Part shown: one piece after another, positions 47,231 through 57,154 of the stretch | Position numbering within the stretch: the stretch's first letter is position 1 | How the letters are laid out: each line of letters opens with the position of its first letter | Source of the DNA: Clostridiaceae bacterium | GTDB lineage: Bacteria > Bacillota > Clostridia > TANB77 > CAG-508 | Reading direction: 5' to 3' | Assembly: GCA_021771025.1 (NCBI GenBank) | Contig: JAETPW010000007.1 | Coordinates: 60,744-124,743, forward strand | Length of the DNA: 64,000 nt | Notes under the pieces: model-generated | Told to the model about the DNA's origin: nothing | Database searches by the model: none | What the model saw: only the letters and a program-made list of their open reading frames with translations | Translations under genes and position numbers: made by a program

Positions 47231-49036
47231 ATGAAAGAATTAGATAATAAAATAAATTTAGGAAAAGTAACGGAAAATCACTTTAAAGAAAGTAAATCAA
47301 TAACAATTTTAAGAGAAATTGTAGAGAAAAATAATAGAATTAAGGTAAGAGCAACTGAAGCAGATAAAATAGCAAATTTAGATGGTAAAGTAGTAATAAT
47401 AGATAAAAATAGTTTCGAAAGGATTCATATTGAAATACAAGTAAAAACATTACCAGAAAAATATAATTTGAGGAAACAGTATTCATATAGTTGCGATACA
47501 AAAGCTTTCAATGTTGTTTTAGAACATATTACATTTAATTCAGTTGTATTATTTTTGGTTGATGAGCAAACAAATAGAGTATTTTGGAAATTAATTTCAA
47601 ATGAATATGCAAAAAGTTTGAATATCGGAAATCAAGAAAAAAAGACAATATATTTTAATGATCAAGATTTATATAGTGAAAATAATTTTATAGAAAAGAT
47701 AAGCGATTATTGTGATTCACTTTGTGAAATAATAGATAAAAAAGATGCTAATAAAAGTTTAATTTCATCAAATATAGATGAATATAGTACAGAATATATA
47801 GAGATACAAATGCAAGTTGACAGATTAAAAAATATATTCGATAATGAATTAAAACATATTAAAGATGTATTTTTTAAATATGTATGGAAATTTGGAATAT
47901 CATATAATAAGTTTCAAAAGCAAACTGCAATGGGCATTTATTTTATTACATATGGAAAGAATGATACTTTAATAAAAAGATTTGACCCTAGACTAAATTA
48001 TATACATATGTCTATTAATTTTCAAAAAAATATTACATTAGAAGCATATATTAATGAATGGTTAGAAGAAGTAAAAAAACAATATTATTTAAAAGAACCA
48101 ATTCTTGTGAAAAATTTATCAGATGATATATTGAATGAAATTGTATTTAGTTTTTTAGATAAACTAACAATGAATATTAAAGTATTAGAAGATAAAAATA
48201 GACCATACACATACTATAAAGATGAGGAAAAAGTCAATAATATAGTTAATCTTATAAATGCTTTAGAATTATTTTATGAAGAAATAATAAAAACGAAAGA
48301 TTTGTCAAATGTAAGTAGTGCTGTTGCTTTTCTTACACCTACATATAATTTGACTGGCAAATTCTTACTCTTTAACCCTCTTATACAATTTAATGCTGAT
48401 GAAATAAAATTGTTAAACCAATATTTTAATCAAACTAATCCCAATGTCCCTCTAAAATTTTTGGATAATGGAGAAGATAAAAAAATACAATTAAGTTTTT
48501 TAGCAATACAAGAATTACAGAAACGTACAAGGGACAGTATAAAAAGAATATGGAATAAGAAAAATATAGTAAAATGTAAAGAAGATTTTGCAAAAGAAGT
48601 TCAATGTATTAGAACAGGGTATTCTAAAGAAGATTTAATAATAAATTCAAAGCACTTTTTTGATATTATTGCCGAAAATTATAATTTTGTGTTTAATAAG
48701 TCTAGTTATTCAGATAAATATTATTTAGATGATTTACATTTAATAGTGTTAGATGAAAACGAAATACAAACATATAATGATTATATTACCCAAAATAATG
48801 TTTTCGAAGTGAAAAGGATTTGTAATGATATAAAAATTGATGAAGAGAATATTATTTCTATAATTGAATCTAATTTAGAATGCTTATTTTTGCTAGATAC
48901 TCCACTATATGAAACTGTTAGAATATTGTTATATATTGGTATTATGAAAAATAATGACTATAAAGTAAAAGATGAAAATGTAAACTATAGTGTTAAATTT
49001 GAAGAATTACCTATCATTAATTATTATATAGATTAA
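47231..49036 (+). CDS. 601-aa protein with N-terminal DUF4365/Mrr-like PD-(D/E)xK-type domain and a large uncharacterised C-terminal region
   Basis: ATG at 47231 with a GAGGA RBS. N-terminus LDGKVVIIDKNSFERIHIEIQVKT...FWKLIS fits the D...E.QVK signature of the DUF4365 restriction-endonuclease-like fold. The remaining roughly 430 aa have no recognisable motif. About 24% GC. Confidence 0.55.
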   Translation: MKELDNKINLGKVTENHFKESKSITILREIVEKNNRIKVRATEADKIANLDGKVVIIDKNSFERIHIEIQVKTLPEKYNLRKQYSYSCDTKAFNVVLEHITFNSVVLFLVDEQTNRVFWKLISNEYAKSLNIGNQEKKTIYFNDQDLYSENNFIEKISDYCDSLCEIIDKKDANKSLISSNIDEYSTEYIEIQMQVDRLKNIFDNELKHIKDVFFKYVWKFGISYNKFQKQTAMGIYFITYGKNDTLIKRFDPRLNYIHMSINFQKNITLEAYINEWLEEVKKQYYLKEPILVKNLSDDILNEIVFSFLDKLTMNIKVLEDKNRPYTYYKDEEKVNNIVNLINALELFYEEIIKTKDLSNVSSAVAFLTPTYNLTGKFLLFNPLIQFNADEIKLLNQYFNQTNPNVPLKFLDNGEDKKIQLSFLAIQELQKRTRDSIKRIWNKKNIVKCKEDFAKEVQCIRTGYSKEDLIINSKHFFDIIAENYNFVFNKSSYSDKYYLDDLHLIVLDENEIQTYNDYITQNNVFEVKRICNDIKIDEENIISIIESNLECLFLLDTPLYETVRILLYIGIMKNNDYKVKDENVNYSVKFEELPIINYYID

Positions 49037-49075
49037 AATGTGAAATTTGCCGCCAGTGGCAAAATTTATTTTCAA

Positions 49076-49109
49076 ACCAAAAATACAAGGAAACTTGTAT
49101 TTTATTTTT
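49076..49109 (+). repeat. 34-bp direct repeat (att-like), right copy
   Basis: Identical to 44562-44595. Confidence 0.8.
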
Positions 49110-49238
49110 ATTTTTTATTATCGAATAAAAAATAACCCTCAATCCCAAAAAAAGTAAATAAATCACCAAACTCCATTGAAATTATCCCCAAAATGTGATA
49201 AAAATATAGTCAGCATAAATGAAGGAGGAAAAGCCAAA

Positions 49239-50234
49239 ATGTTTAATCGAGCAGAAGAAACAAATAAAGGACCAAAAATAAAAGTAATCGGAGTAGGGGG
49301 AGCAGGAAACAATGCTGTCAACCGAATGATAGAAGATGGAGTAAAAGGAGTAGGATTTTACCTAATCAACACCGAAACAGGAACCCTAAAAAGAGCAACC
49401 ACCAAAAATATATTACAGATCGGAATAGAAACAACCAAAGGACTAGGAGCAGGAGCAAACGAAAATGTAGGCGAAAAAGCAGCAAGAGAAAACAAAGAAC
49501 AAATCAAGCAAATCTTACAAGGTGCAGATATGGTCTTTATTACTGCAGGAATGGGAGGCGGAACGGGAACAGGAGCAGCACCAGTAGTAGCCGAAATTGC
49601 CAAAGAAATGGGAATCCTAACCGTAGGAGTAGTAACCAAACCATTCCTATTTGAAGGAAAAGCAAGAAAAGTAAGAGCCGAATATGGAATCAAAAAACTA
49701 AGAGAACACGTAGATGACCTAATTGTCATTTTAAACGACAATTTATTAAAAATTACTGACGAAAAAGTAACCTTAAATTCAGCCTTCTTTTTAGCCGATC
49801 AAGTTTTAGAACAAGGGATCACCAGCGTAACAGACTTACTTACCTCAGTAGGAGAAGTCAACATCGACTTTGCCGACATACGAACAACCCTAAAATATCA
49901 AGGAAAAGCCTATATGGGAATAGGAAGAGCATCAGGAGAAAAGAAAATAGAAGAAGCAGTCAAACAAGCCATCAGCAGTCCATTAACAGAAAACAAAATT
50001 AATGGAGCACAAGGAGTTATCTTCAACGTAAAAGGAGACGAAAGCCTAAGCCTAATGGAAATCAATAGTGCCATTACCCTAATCAACGACCAAATTAGGG
50101 AAGATGCCAACGTTATTTTTGGAACAGTCATTGATCCAAAAATGAACGGAGAAGTAGCGGTAACCGTTATAGCAACCGGAGTAGACGAACAAAATAAAAA
50201 CGTAAATCCTATGGCAAAACAACTAACAAAATAA
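49239..50234 (+). CDS. ftsZ: cell division protein FtsZ
   Basis: GVGGAGNNAVNRM, tubulin signature GGGTGTGAAPVVA; no ftsA upstream. Confidence 0.85.
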   Translation: MFNRAEETNKGPKIKVIGVGGAGNNAVNRMIEDGVKGVGFYLINTETGTLKRATTKNILQIGIETTKGLGAGANENVGEKAARENKEQIKQILQGADMVFITAGMGGGTGTGAAPVVAEIAKEMGILTVGVVTKPFLFEGKARKVRAEYGIKKLREHVDDLIVILNDNLLKITDEKVTLNSAFFLADQVLEQGITSVTDLLTSVGEVNIDFADIRTTLKYQGKAYMGIGRASGEKKIEEAVKQAISSPLTENKINGAQGVIFNVKGDESLSLMEINSAITLINDQIREDANVIFGTVIDPKMNGEVAVTVIATGVDEQNKNVNPMAKQLTK

Positions 50235-50285
50235 AAAATGTCCAATTGGGGACAGGTACGTTTGGGACATATTGTCCAACAAAAG

Positions 50286-50332
50286 GCGTTTCTTTTCCGG
50301 ATCTATTTGTCCGATGAGAAACGTTTTTTCTA
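50286..50332 (+). terminator. rho-independent terminator after ftsZ
   Basis: GGCGTTTCT...AGAAACGTTTTTTCT. Confidence 0.55.
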
Positions 50333-50436
50333 TTCATTTAATCTGCTGGAAATGTTCCCTTATTCCAAATAAAATCATAAACTATCATGAGGTGAAAGCT
50401 AAAAAATAATGTTTACTAGTTAATAATAAGTAAACA

Positions 50437-50504
50437 TTCAACGTTTACTAAAAGCAAGAAGGGAGGAAAAGGTTCGTTTTTAAACTAACATAACCTAACC
50501 AAAC
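50437..50504 (+). promoter_or_regulatory. leader element family L, copy 3 (degenerate)
   Basis: CAACGTTTACTAAAAGCAAGAAGGGAGGAAAAGGTTCGTTTTTAAACTAACATAACCTAACC. Confidence 0.45.
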
Positions 50505-51005
50505 ATGATAGAAATACCCTATAATAGGCAAGAAGCCTATAACTATGCTAAAAAGTGGGCCTATCAAAGAAATCCTAACTATTATAATTTTGACCAATTA
50601 GGAGGCGACTGTACAAACTTCATTTCGCAATGTGTATACCAAGGAAGCAAAGTCATGAACTATGCAAAAGACACAGGTTGGTATTATCTAACAGCTAACA
50701 ATAAAGCACCTGGATGGACAGGAGTTGAATTTTTTTATCGTTTTCTAACCAAAAATCAAGGAGTAGGCCCATATGCCAAAGAAGTCCTTATGACAGATCC
50801 TAGCCTCCAAGTAGGTGATATTGCCCAATTAGCCTTTGAAAAAGGAAAATTTGCTCATACTGTACTCATTGTCAAAATAGAAAATCAAAACGATATTCAC
50901 CAGATTTATACTGCTTCACATACCTACGATACATTTGAAAAATCATTAGGTACCTATACCATCAGCCAAATTCGTTTTCTTCATATCCAAGGAATTCGAA
51001 AGTAA
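50505..51005 (+). CDS. putative amidase-domain protein (Amidase_6/PF12671-like)
   Basis: YNRQEAYNYAKKWAYQRNPNYYNFDQLGGDCTNFISQCVYQGS matches the putative-amidase-domain consensus. Confidence 0.6.
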   Translation: MIEIPYNRQEAYNYAKKWAYQRNPNYYNFDQLGGDCTNFISQCVYQGSKVMNYAKDTGWYYLTANNKAPGWTGVEFFYRFLTKNQGVGPYAKEVLMTDPSLQVGDIAQLAFEKGKFAHTVLIVKIENQNDIHQIYTASHTYDTFEKSLGTYTISQIRFLHIQGIRK

Positions 51006-51048
51006 CAATCTAACTCCTTAATAAAGAGCGAACATTAAAACCAATAAC

Positions 51049-51133
51049 CTGTCCCTAAAACGAAAAAATCTTCCTTTTGAGAACCGTCCCCAAAAAGAAA
51101 AAAACTTCTTTTTGGGGACGGTTCTTAAAAAGA
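51049..51133. repeat. repeat family R copy (18-bp perfect palindrome AGAACCGTCCCCAAAAAG / CTTTTTGGGGACGGTTCT)
   Basis: Read directly from the sequence. Confidence 0.7.
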
Positions 51134-51206
51134 AAAAATTAAGATTTTCTCTATTTGTTCTTAAGGTTTTTTGTGGTATACTATTGATAATAAGAGGAGG
51201 AGAGTT

Positions 51207-51908
51207 ATGGTTCAAATATTAGTTGTTGATGATGATAAAGAAATTGTAAATGCCATTGAAATTTACCTAAAAAAAGAAGGATACCAAATTTTGAAAGCCT
51301 ATGATGGAAAGCAGGCTTTAGAAATGATTAAAAATCATGAGGTTCATTTAGTTATTTTAGATGTAATGATGCCAAACCAAGATGGTTTTGAAACATTACA
51401 AGAAATTCGTAAAGAGAAAACAATTCCTGTAATTATGCTGTCGGCTAAATCAGAGGATTACGATAAAATAGAGGGCTTAAATACAGGAGCAGATGATTAT
51501 ATTACTAAACCATTTAATCCATTAGAACTTATTGCTAGGGTAAATTCTAATGTAAGAAGATATGTTGATTTTGGTTCAATGGAAACGACTAAAGGGGAAA
51601 AGATTTATCAAACTGGCGGGCTAAAAATGAATGATGAGACAAAACAAGTAACGGTTGATGGAGAAGAAATTAAACTAACTGCTACTGAATATCATATTTT
51701 ACGCTTTTTACTTCAAAATAAGGGAAAGGTGTATTCTATTCCACAAATTTATGAAAATGTGTGGAATGAGGAGAGTTATGGAGCAGAAAATATTATCGCT
51801 GTTCATATTAGGCATATTCGCGAAAAAATTGAGATTAACCCGAAAGAACCAATCTATTTAAAAGTAATATGGGGAATAGGTTATAAAATTGAAGATATTA
51901 GCCATTAA
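51207..51908 (+). CDS. OmpR-family response regulator
   Basis: Receiver domain (VVDDD...D56-like ILDVMMP...K) and a winged-helix C-terminus. Confidence 0.85.
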   Translation: MVQILVVDDDKEIVNAIEIYLKKEGYQILKAYDGKQALEMIKNHEVHLVILDVMMPNQDGFETLQEIRKEKTIPVIMLSAKSEDYDKIEGLNTGADDYITKPFNPLELIARVNSNVRRYVDFGSMETTKGEKIYQTGGLKMNDETKQVTVDGEEIKLTATEYHILRFLLQNKGKVYSIPQIYENVWNEESYGAENIIAVHIRHIREKIEINPKEPIYLKVIWGIGYKIEDISH

Positions 51909-51999
51909 CCAAAAAAAGGTTATCAAAATGGTACAAATCAAGTGGTTAATGATTAAAAATGGAGAGAGGATGTCTCCTAAGTAAGGAGGAAATAATACG

Positions 52000-54012
52000 A
52001 TGGAAAAATTAAAAAGTTCAAGTTTACTACGAGCGATATGCTATGTAGCTATTCCTTTATTGGTGCTCATCTTAATCGTAAGTATAGCTCATGTTAGTTT
52101 AGTTTCAAAATATGGTGAGGTTAGCGAAAGAAAAGATTATTTGCAGACGGAAAATTTTGCTCATTTATATTATAATACTATTTTATCTAACGTATTAAAT
52201 GTCAATAGTTATCGTAATAATGCTAATCGTCGTTATTCACCCTATAGGGAAATACAAAATGATGATAACCACCAAGCAATTTATTACGAAGATAATTCAC
52301 GTTATAATAGTGTAACTTCCAAATGTATGGATTATATTATTTTAGACAAAGAAAACGGCACAATTTATACCAATATGAAAAGTAATGACTATCAAAAAGA
52401 GATGCAATCCATGAAAGATAAAAAAACGTATTGGAATTATACACAAGGACAAATTCAAACCAACATGGAATCAATTAACCAAGACAACATAAAGTTTTTA
52501 TATTCTTCATCTAGTTCTCTGGAAGAATTTGAAGAAATTGAAGTATATTCAAGCTTTAATACTAAATTGATGGCCACATCAGCCTCTTTTTCGATGCAAC
52601 AAAAAATTTATGACATTTTCAAAGATAACCGAAATGCAACTGCATATTTAATTCCCATGACGGTTATCGCCTTAGCTGTTATTTTTCTTTATTTGTGTTT
52701 TTCCATTGGTCATCAAAAAGGAAAAGAAGGAATTGAATTAAGCTCAATTGATCGCTTCCCATATGAAATATTAGTAACTATTTCGTTTACGATTATTGGT
52801 ATTTTATGTAGTATCATGTTGGCATCATTTGAATCTAGTGCAATGGGAAATCTAATTTATTCCATTTGGCTATTATGCTACTTAGGAAGTTATGTGAGTT
52901 TAGCAGTACTTGGGATTACCACCATCAAAAGAATAAAAGCCAAAGAATTTTGGCATTCCTTTTTAGTGTATCGCATCTTCCGCTGGGTCAAAAGGCAAAT
53001 AGCAAAAGTAGTTACTAAAGCAATTGATGGTTCTCATATGAGTAAAAGAATAACCTTCTTTTATCTAGGATTTGTCTTACTATCTATCTTTTTAGGACTT
53101 ATGCTAGGGTCAGGGATAGCCATCATTCTTCTCCTTGTTTTTTGGATATGGGTTTACTATCAATTACTACAATATGGGAAAAAGATGGAAACCATTCAAA
53201 ATGCCTTAAAAGATATCTATGAAGGGAAAAAGGAAGTATACTTAAACGAAGAAGAACTAGCTGGAATGTTAAAACGTATGGCAAGATACATCAATGACAT
53301 CGCAGGAGGATTTTCTAATGCGATAGAAGAAAGCCTAAAATCAGAAAGGTTAAAAACAGAATTAATTACCAATGTATCTCATGACATCAAAACACCATTA
53401 ACCTCCATCATTAACTATGTTGATTTATTAAAAGAAGAAGAACTAGAAAATCCAAAAACCAAAGAATATTTAGTCGTGTTAGACAAAAAATCCCAACAAC
53501 TAAAAAAACTAATCGAAGACCTAGTAGAAGCATCCAAAGTATCATCAGGCAATGTTAAGCTAAAAATGGAAACCATAGACCTAAAAGAATTATTAAATCA
53601 AATTAGAGGGGAATTTGAAGACCGTTTCGAACAAAGGCACTTATCCATCGATATGAATCTGCCAAAAGAAGACGTCAAAATACAAGCAGATGACCGTTAT
53701 TTTTACCGCATCATTGAAAACTTATTTAGTAATGTCACCAAATATGCCATGGAACATACAAGAGTCTATATAGAACTCGTGAATACTGGATATGAAATAC
53801 ATCTCATCATGAAAAACATCTCAAAAGAAAAACTAAACATATCGGCAGACGAACTTATGCAACGATTTGTCAGAGGAGATCGCTCTCGCTACACCGAAGG
53901 AAGTGGACTAGGACTATCCATAGCCCAAAGTTTAACCGAACTACAAGGAGGAAAATTTCAGATTTCCATTGATGGAGACTTGTTCAAAGCAGAGATAATA
54001 TGGAAAAAATAG
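52000..54012 (+). CDS. sensor histidine kinase with large polytopic N-terminal sensor region
   Basis: H-box NVSHDIKTPLTSI, N/G boxes, HATPase_c; several TM segments. Confidence 0.85.
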   Translation: MEKLKSSSLLRAICYVAIPLLVLILIVSIAHVSLVSKYGEVSERKDYLQTENFAHLYYNTILSNVLNVNSYRNNANRRYSPYREIQNDDNHQAIYYEDNSRYNSVTSKCMDYIILDKENGTIYTNMKSNDYQKEMQSMKDKKTYWNYTQGQIQTNMESINQDNIKFLYSSSSSLEEFEEIEVYSSFNTKLMATSASFSMQQKIYDIFKDNRNATAYLIPMTVIALAVIFLYLCFSIGHQKGKEGIELSSIDRFPYEILVTISFTIIGILCSIMLASFESSAMGNLIYSIWLLCYLGSYVSLAVLGITTIKRIKAKEFWHSFLVYRIFRWVKRQIAKVVTKAIDGSHMSKRITFFYLGFVLLSIFLGLMLGSGIAIILLLVFWIWVYYQLLQYGKKMETIQNALKDIYEGKKEVYLNEEELAGMLKRMARYINDIAGGFSNAIEESLKSERLKTELITNVSHDIKTPLTSIINYVDLLKEEELENPKTKEYLVVLDKKSQQLKKLIEDLVEASKVSSGNVKLKMETIDLKELLNQIRGEFEDRFEQRHLSIDMNLPKEDVKIQADDRYFYRIIENLFSNVTKYAMEHTRVYIELVNTGYEIHLIMKNISKEKLNISADELMQRFVRGDRSRYTEGSGLGLSIAQSLTELQGGKFQISIDGDLFKAEIIWKK

Positions 54013-54060
54013 ACTTTTTTCAAAATTTCTTGAACAAGCTTATCAATTGTGATAAAATAA

Positions 54061-54127
54061 AGAAAATCTTCTTTTTGGGGACGGTTCCGAAAACGAAAAA
54101 ATTTTCTTTTTAGGGACAGGTTTCAAG
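54061..54127. repeat. repeat family R copy
   Basis: TTTTTGGGGACGGTTCCGAAAACGAAAAAATTTTCTTTTTAGGGACAGG. Confidence 0.65.
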
Positions 54128-54169
54128 TGAAGAAAACAAAGGATAAGGTAAACTTAAGGAGGCTTCTTC

Positions 54170-54844
54170 ATGAAAAAAATGGTTGCTCTCATTTGTGTAT
54201 TGTTGGTTATTTTTGTTGGTATGTTTGTCAAACAAAATTATGACCGTAATCAAAAAAACATCACAGCAGATGAAGTTCAAAAAATAGAATCGTTTATTGC
54301 CAGTGTATATGCGTGGAAAGAAATAACCGGTGAAGCATTACCAAGCTTTCAACAAATTAATGAGGCTCCTGAACGTTGGATTTGGGAAGTCGTGAAAAAA
54401 AATTTAGAAGAGTATAGTTTAACTTATGCTCAATTACAAGATAAAGCAAAAGAGATCTTTGGCCCAGACTTTACCAAACAGTTTCCTGAGCAAGGAAACG
54501 AAGCATTTACTTGGCAAGAAGAAACAGGAACTTATCTGCCTACTGAAATTCAAATTGATGAGCAAGATGATTTATTTTTAATTCACCAGATTAGTAAAAG
54601 TAAAGAAGGGTATGAAGTTGAACTAATAGAATATGTAGAAGATTATTCTTCTTATGAAAATCACCAGATTCGTATTCAAAACTTACAAGGAGAGACAATT
54701 TCTTTATTGGATTCATCAAAAAGTGAAACCGAAGTGATTGAATTAGTTAAACAAAATGCAGATAAGTTTTCCAAAAAGAAAATTAGCTTAAAAAAAGACG
54801 GAAAAGATAAATTTATCATAACGAAAGTAGAAGAAAAAAAGTAG
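54170..54844 (+). CDS. hypothetical membrane-anchored protein
   Basis: N-terminal TM/signal anchor; no recognisable domain. Confidence 0.45.
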   Translation: MKKMVALICVLLVIFVGMFVKQNYDRNQKNITADEVQKIESFIASVYAWKEITGEALPSFQQINEAPERWIWEVVKKNLEEYSLTYAQLQDKAKEIFGPDFTKQFPEQGNEAFTWQEETGTYLPTEIQIDEQDDLFLIHQISKSKEGYEVELIEYVEDYSSYENHQIRIQNLQGETISLLDSSKSETEVIELVKQNADKFSKKKISLKKDGKDKFIITKVEEKK

Positions 54845-54892
54845 GGAAAAGAAGGGGACGCCCTTTTTTTCCCTATTAAAAATTTCCCTACG
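54842..54892. repeat. repeat family B copy
   Basis: GTAGGGAAAAGAAGGGGACGCCCTTTTTTTCCCTAT. Confidence 0.6.
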
Positions 54893-54970
54893 AAAAGAAA
54901 AGGAAAAAGACAAAATAAAGGGAAAAGTGTTGCTGCCAAGAGTTAACTTAAAGGAAAAAGGTTGAAAAAT

Positions 54971-55066
54971 TATGTTTACCCATCCACTCTAGGTAAGTTT
55001 TTAAAACCTGATTTATACGAAGAAAGGAGGAAGGGCTAGCTTCCAAAGCTAACCTATGCTAAAAAT
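54971..55066 (+). promoter_or_regulatory. leader element family L, copy 4 (rearranged, uORF lost)
   Basis: ...CTAGGTAAGTTTTT...GAAAGGAGGAAGGGCTAGCTTCCAAAGCTAACCTATGCTAAAAATATGG aligns position by position with copies 1 and 2 and keeps the hairpin via TAGCTT/AAGCTA. Confidence 0.5.
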
Positions 55067-55960
55067 ATGGAAGATTTATCACAATTAGAAATGTGTACAA
55101 TTTGTCCACATACTTGCCAAGTTAATCGTTTGCAAAAGCAAAAGGGGAGATGTGGAGCAGAGGATACAGTGCGTATAGCCTTAGCATCGGTCTATCACTT
55201 TGAAGAGCCATGCCTAAGTGGAAAAAGAGGGTCAGGTACTGTATTTTTTTCTCACTGTACGATGAGGTGTGAGTATTGTCAAAATTATGAAATTAGTAGT
55301 TTAGGCAAAGGAAAAGAAATAACAGTAGAAGAATTAGCAGAAATTTTCTTAAAGCAACAAGAAAAGCAGGTTCATAATATTAATTTGGTAACCCCGACGA
55401 GTTATGTGCCACAAATCAAAAAAGCAATTGAGTTAGCTAGAAATCAGGGACTACAACTGCCAATTGTCTATAATACGAATGGCTATGAAACAGTAGAAAC
55501 GATAAAGGAATTAGATGGCTATGTAGATATTTATTTACCGGATTTCAAATATGCAGAAGATGAATTGGCAAAGCGTTTATCTCATGTAGATCATTATTTT
55601 TCGACAGTGGCACAGGCCATTTTAGCCATGCAAAAACAAGTAGGAGATGCGGTTTTTGATGACGAAGGCATGATGCAAAAAGGATTGATCATTAGGCATT
55701 TGATTTTACCGAATCATATCATTAATACAAGAAAAGTACTCAAGTGGATTAATGATTATTTGCCAAATGTGTATGTAAGCATTATGGCTCAATATTTTCC
55801 TACTTACCGAGCAAAGCAAATAGAAGAGATTAATCGAAAGATAACTGATGAGGAATATCAAAAAGTGGTGCGTTATTTAGATCGTTTAGTACTAACGAAT
55901 GGGTATTTACAGGAATTAGGAGAACATGAGGAGGAATATGTGCCAAAGTGGGAGGGATAA
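55067..55960 (+). CDS. radical SAM activating-enzyme-like protein (PflA/AmmeMemoRadiSam-type)
   Basis: N-terminal CTICPHTCQV...GRCG cluster plus CTMRCEYCQN radical-SAM CxxxCxxC. Confidence 0.65.
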   Translation: MEDLSQLEMCTICPHTCQVNRLQKQKGRCGAEDTVRIALASVYHFEEPCLSGKRGSGTVFFSHCTMRCEYCQNYEISSLGKGKEITVEELAEIFLKQQEKQVHNINLVTPTSYVPQIKKAIELARNQGLQLPIVYNTNGYETVETIKELDGYVDIYLPDFKYAEDELAKRLSHVDHYFSTVAQAILAMQKQVGDAVFDDEGMMQKGLIIRHLILPNHIINTRKVLKWINDYLPNVYVSIMAQYFPTYRAKQIEEINRKITDEEYQKVVRYLDRLVLTNGYLQELGEHEEEYVPKWEG

Positions 55961-56156
55961 GTCCGCTCTGAACCTGAGGTATCTGTAATATTTTTTAGAT
56001 AAATTTAGTCCTCTATAGCAGGGGCATTTTAAAACCCTTAAGTCCCTCACAAAGAAGCTTGTTATCGGGTTTTAAGCCTAACGTGAGTCTTAGGGAACTG
56101 TTAGACGTAAATTTATCTAAAAAATATTACAGATACCTCAGGTTCAGAGCTACTTT
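55959..56156. repeat. MITE-like structured repeat, family S, copy 2
   Basis: AAGTCCGCTCTGAACCTGAGGTATCTGTAATATTTTTTAGATAAATTTA...core...TAAATTTATCTAAAAAATATTACAGATACCTCAGGTTCAGAGCTACTTT. The terminal-repeat differences from copy 1 are compensated in both arms. It overlaps the radical SAM stop codon. Confidence 0.8.
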
Positions 56157-56274
56157 AGTGTAAAAGTATTATTAGCCAGTAACTCAAATTTTAGAAAAAT
56201 ACCCGAAAAATGTAGAAAAAAGAAATGCGGTATGGTATACTCATATTGAGTAAGAAAACAAGGAGGAAAATAAA

Positions 56275-57132
56275 ATGACAGAAGCAGATAAGCATTTCAT
56301 AGAAACATGTAGGGAGATATTAGCTCATGGTTATTCTTCAGAAGGTACGGGAGTACGTACACGTTGGGAAGATGGAGCTGAAGCAAATTATATTTCCATA
56401 GTAGGGGTGCAAAATAAATATGATGTAGGAAAAGAATTTCCTATGATTACCTTACGTAATAATAGTAAAACGGTAAAAAACGCTATTGATGAAATATTAT
56501 GGATTTGGCAAAAAAAATCAAATCAAGTAAGTGAACTAAATTCTCACATTTGGGATCAATGGGCAGGGGAAGATGGAACAATTGGTAAAGCCTATGGGTA
56601 TCAAATGGGAAAGAAATATGAATTTAAAACCAAAACAGGAATGCAAACTATGGATCAGGTGGATTATGTACTATATCTACTAAATAACGATCCATCAAGT
56701 CGTAGAATAATGACCAATTTATTTAATCATGAAGAATTAAAAGATATGAACCTTGAACCATGTGTATATGGCACGCAATGGCTAGTAAAAGGAGGAAAAC
56801 TGCATTTAATCCTAAGCCAACGTTCTCAAGATATGTTAGCAGCAAACGGATGGAATGTTATGCAATATGCTGCTTTGCAATGTATGTTTGCCCAAGTAGC
56901 AGGACTAGAAGTAGGAACCCTAACTCATAATATCGGAGATTGTCATATCTATGACCGCCATGTTCCGTTAATAGAAAAATTAATTCAAGCAAAATCAATG
57001 GAAGTACAACCTAAATTAATCATCAAAAATCCAACGAAAGACTTTTATCAATTTAAAGTAGAAGATTTTGAAATAGAAGGGTATGAATATAATCCTGAAA
57101 TAAAATTAGGAAAGATTCCAGTAGCAATTTAA
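56275..57132 (+). CDS. thyA: thymidylate synthase
   Basis: Catalytic Cys in LEPCVYGTQW, QRSQD, and C-terminal GDCHIYDRH. Confidence 0.8.
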   Translation: MTEADKHFIETCREILAHGYSSEGTGVRTRWEDGAEANYISIVGVQNKYDVGKEFPMITLRNNSKTVKNAIDEILWIWQKKSNQVSELNSHIWDQWAGEDGTIGKAYGYQMGKKYEFKTKTGMQTMDQVDYVLYLLNNDPSSRRIMTNLFNHEELKDMNLEPCVYGTQWLVKGGKLHLILSQRSQDMLAANGWNVMQYAALQCMFAQVAGLEVGTLTHNIGDCHIYDRHVPLIEKLIQAKSMEVQPKLIIKNPTKDFYQFKVEDFEIEGYEYNPEIKLGKIPVAI

Positions 57133-57154
57133 AAGAAAAAAGGAGTTAACCAAA

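Larger units (their letters stand above)
44562..49109 (+). mobile_element. AT-rich genomic islet inserted at the 3' end of tRNA-Tyr, bounded by perfect 34-bp direct repeats (no integrase retained)
   Basis: ACCAAAAATACAAGGAAACTTGTATTTTATTTTT occurs at 44562-44595 (overlapping the tRNA 3' ACCA) and again at 49076-49109. The interior is about 25% GC and holds nuclease-type genes and decayed genes. Confidence 0.5.

Noticed and set aside
51018-51215. ORF 51018-51215 on the minus strand
   Set aside because: It is composed of the palindromic R-family repeat and poly-A/T sequence, so it is not coding.
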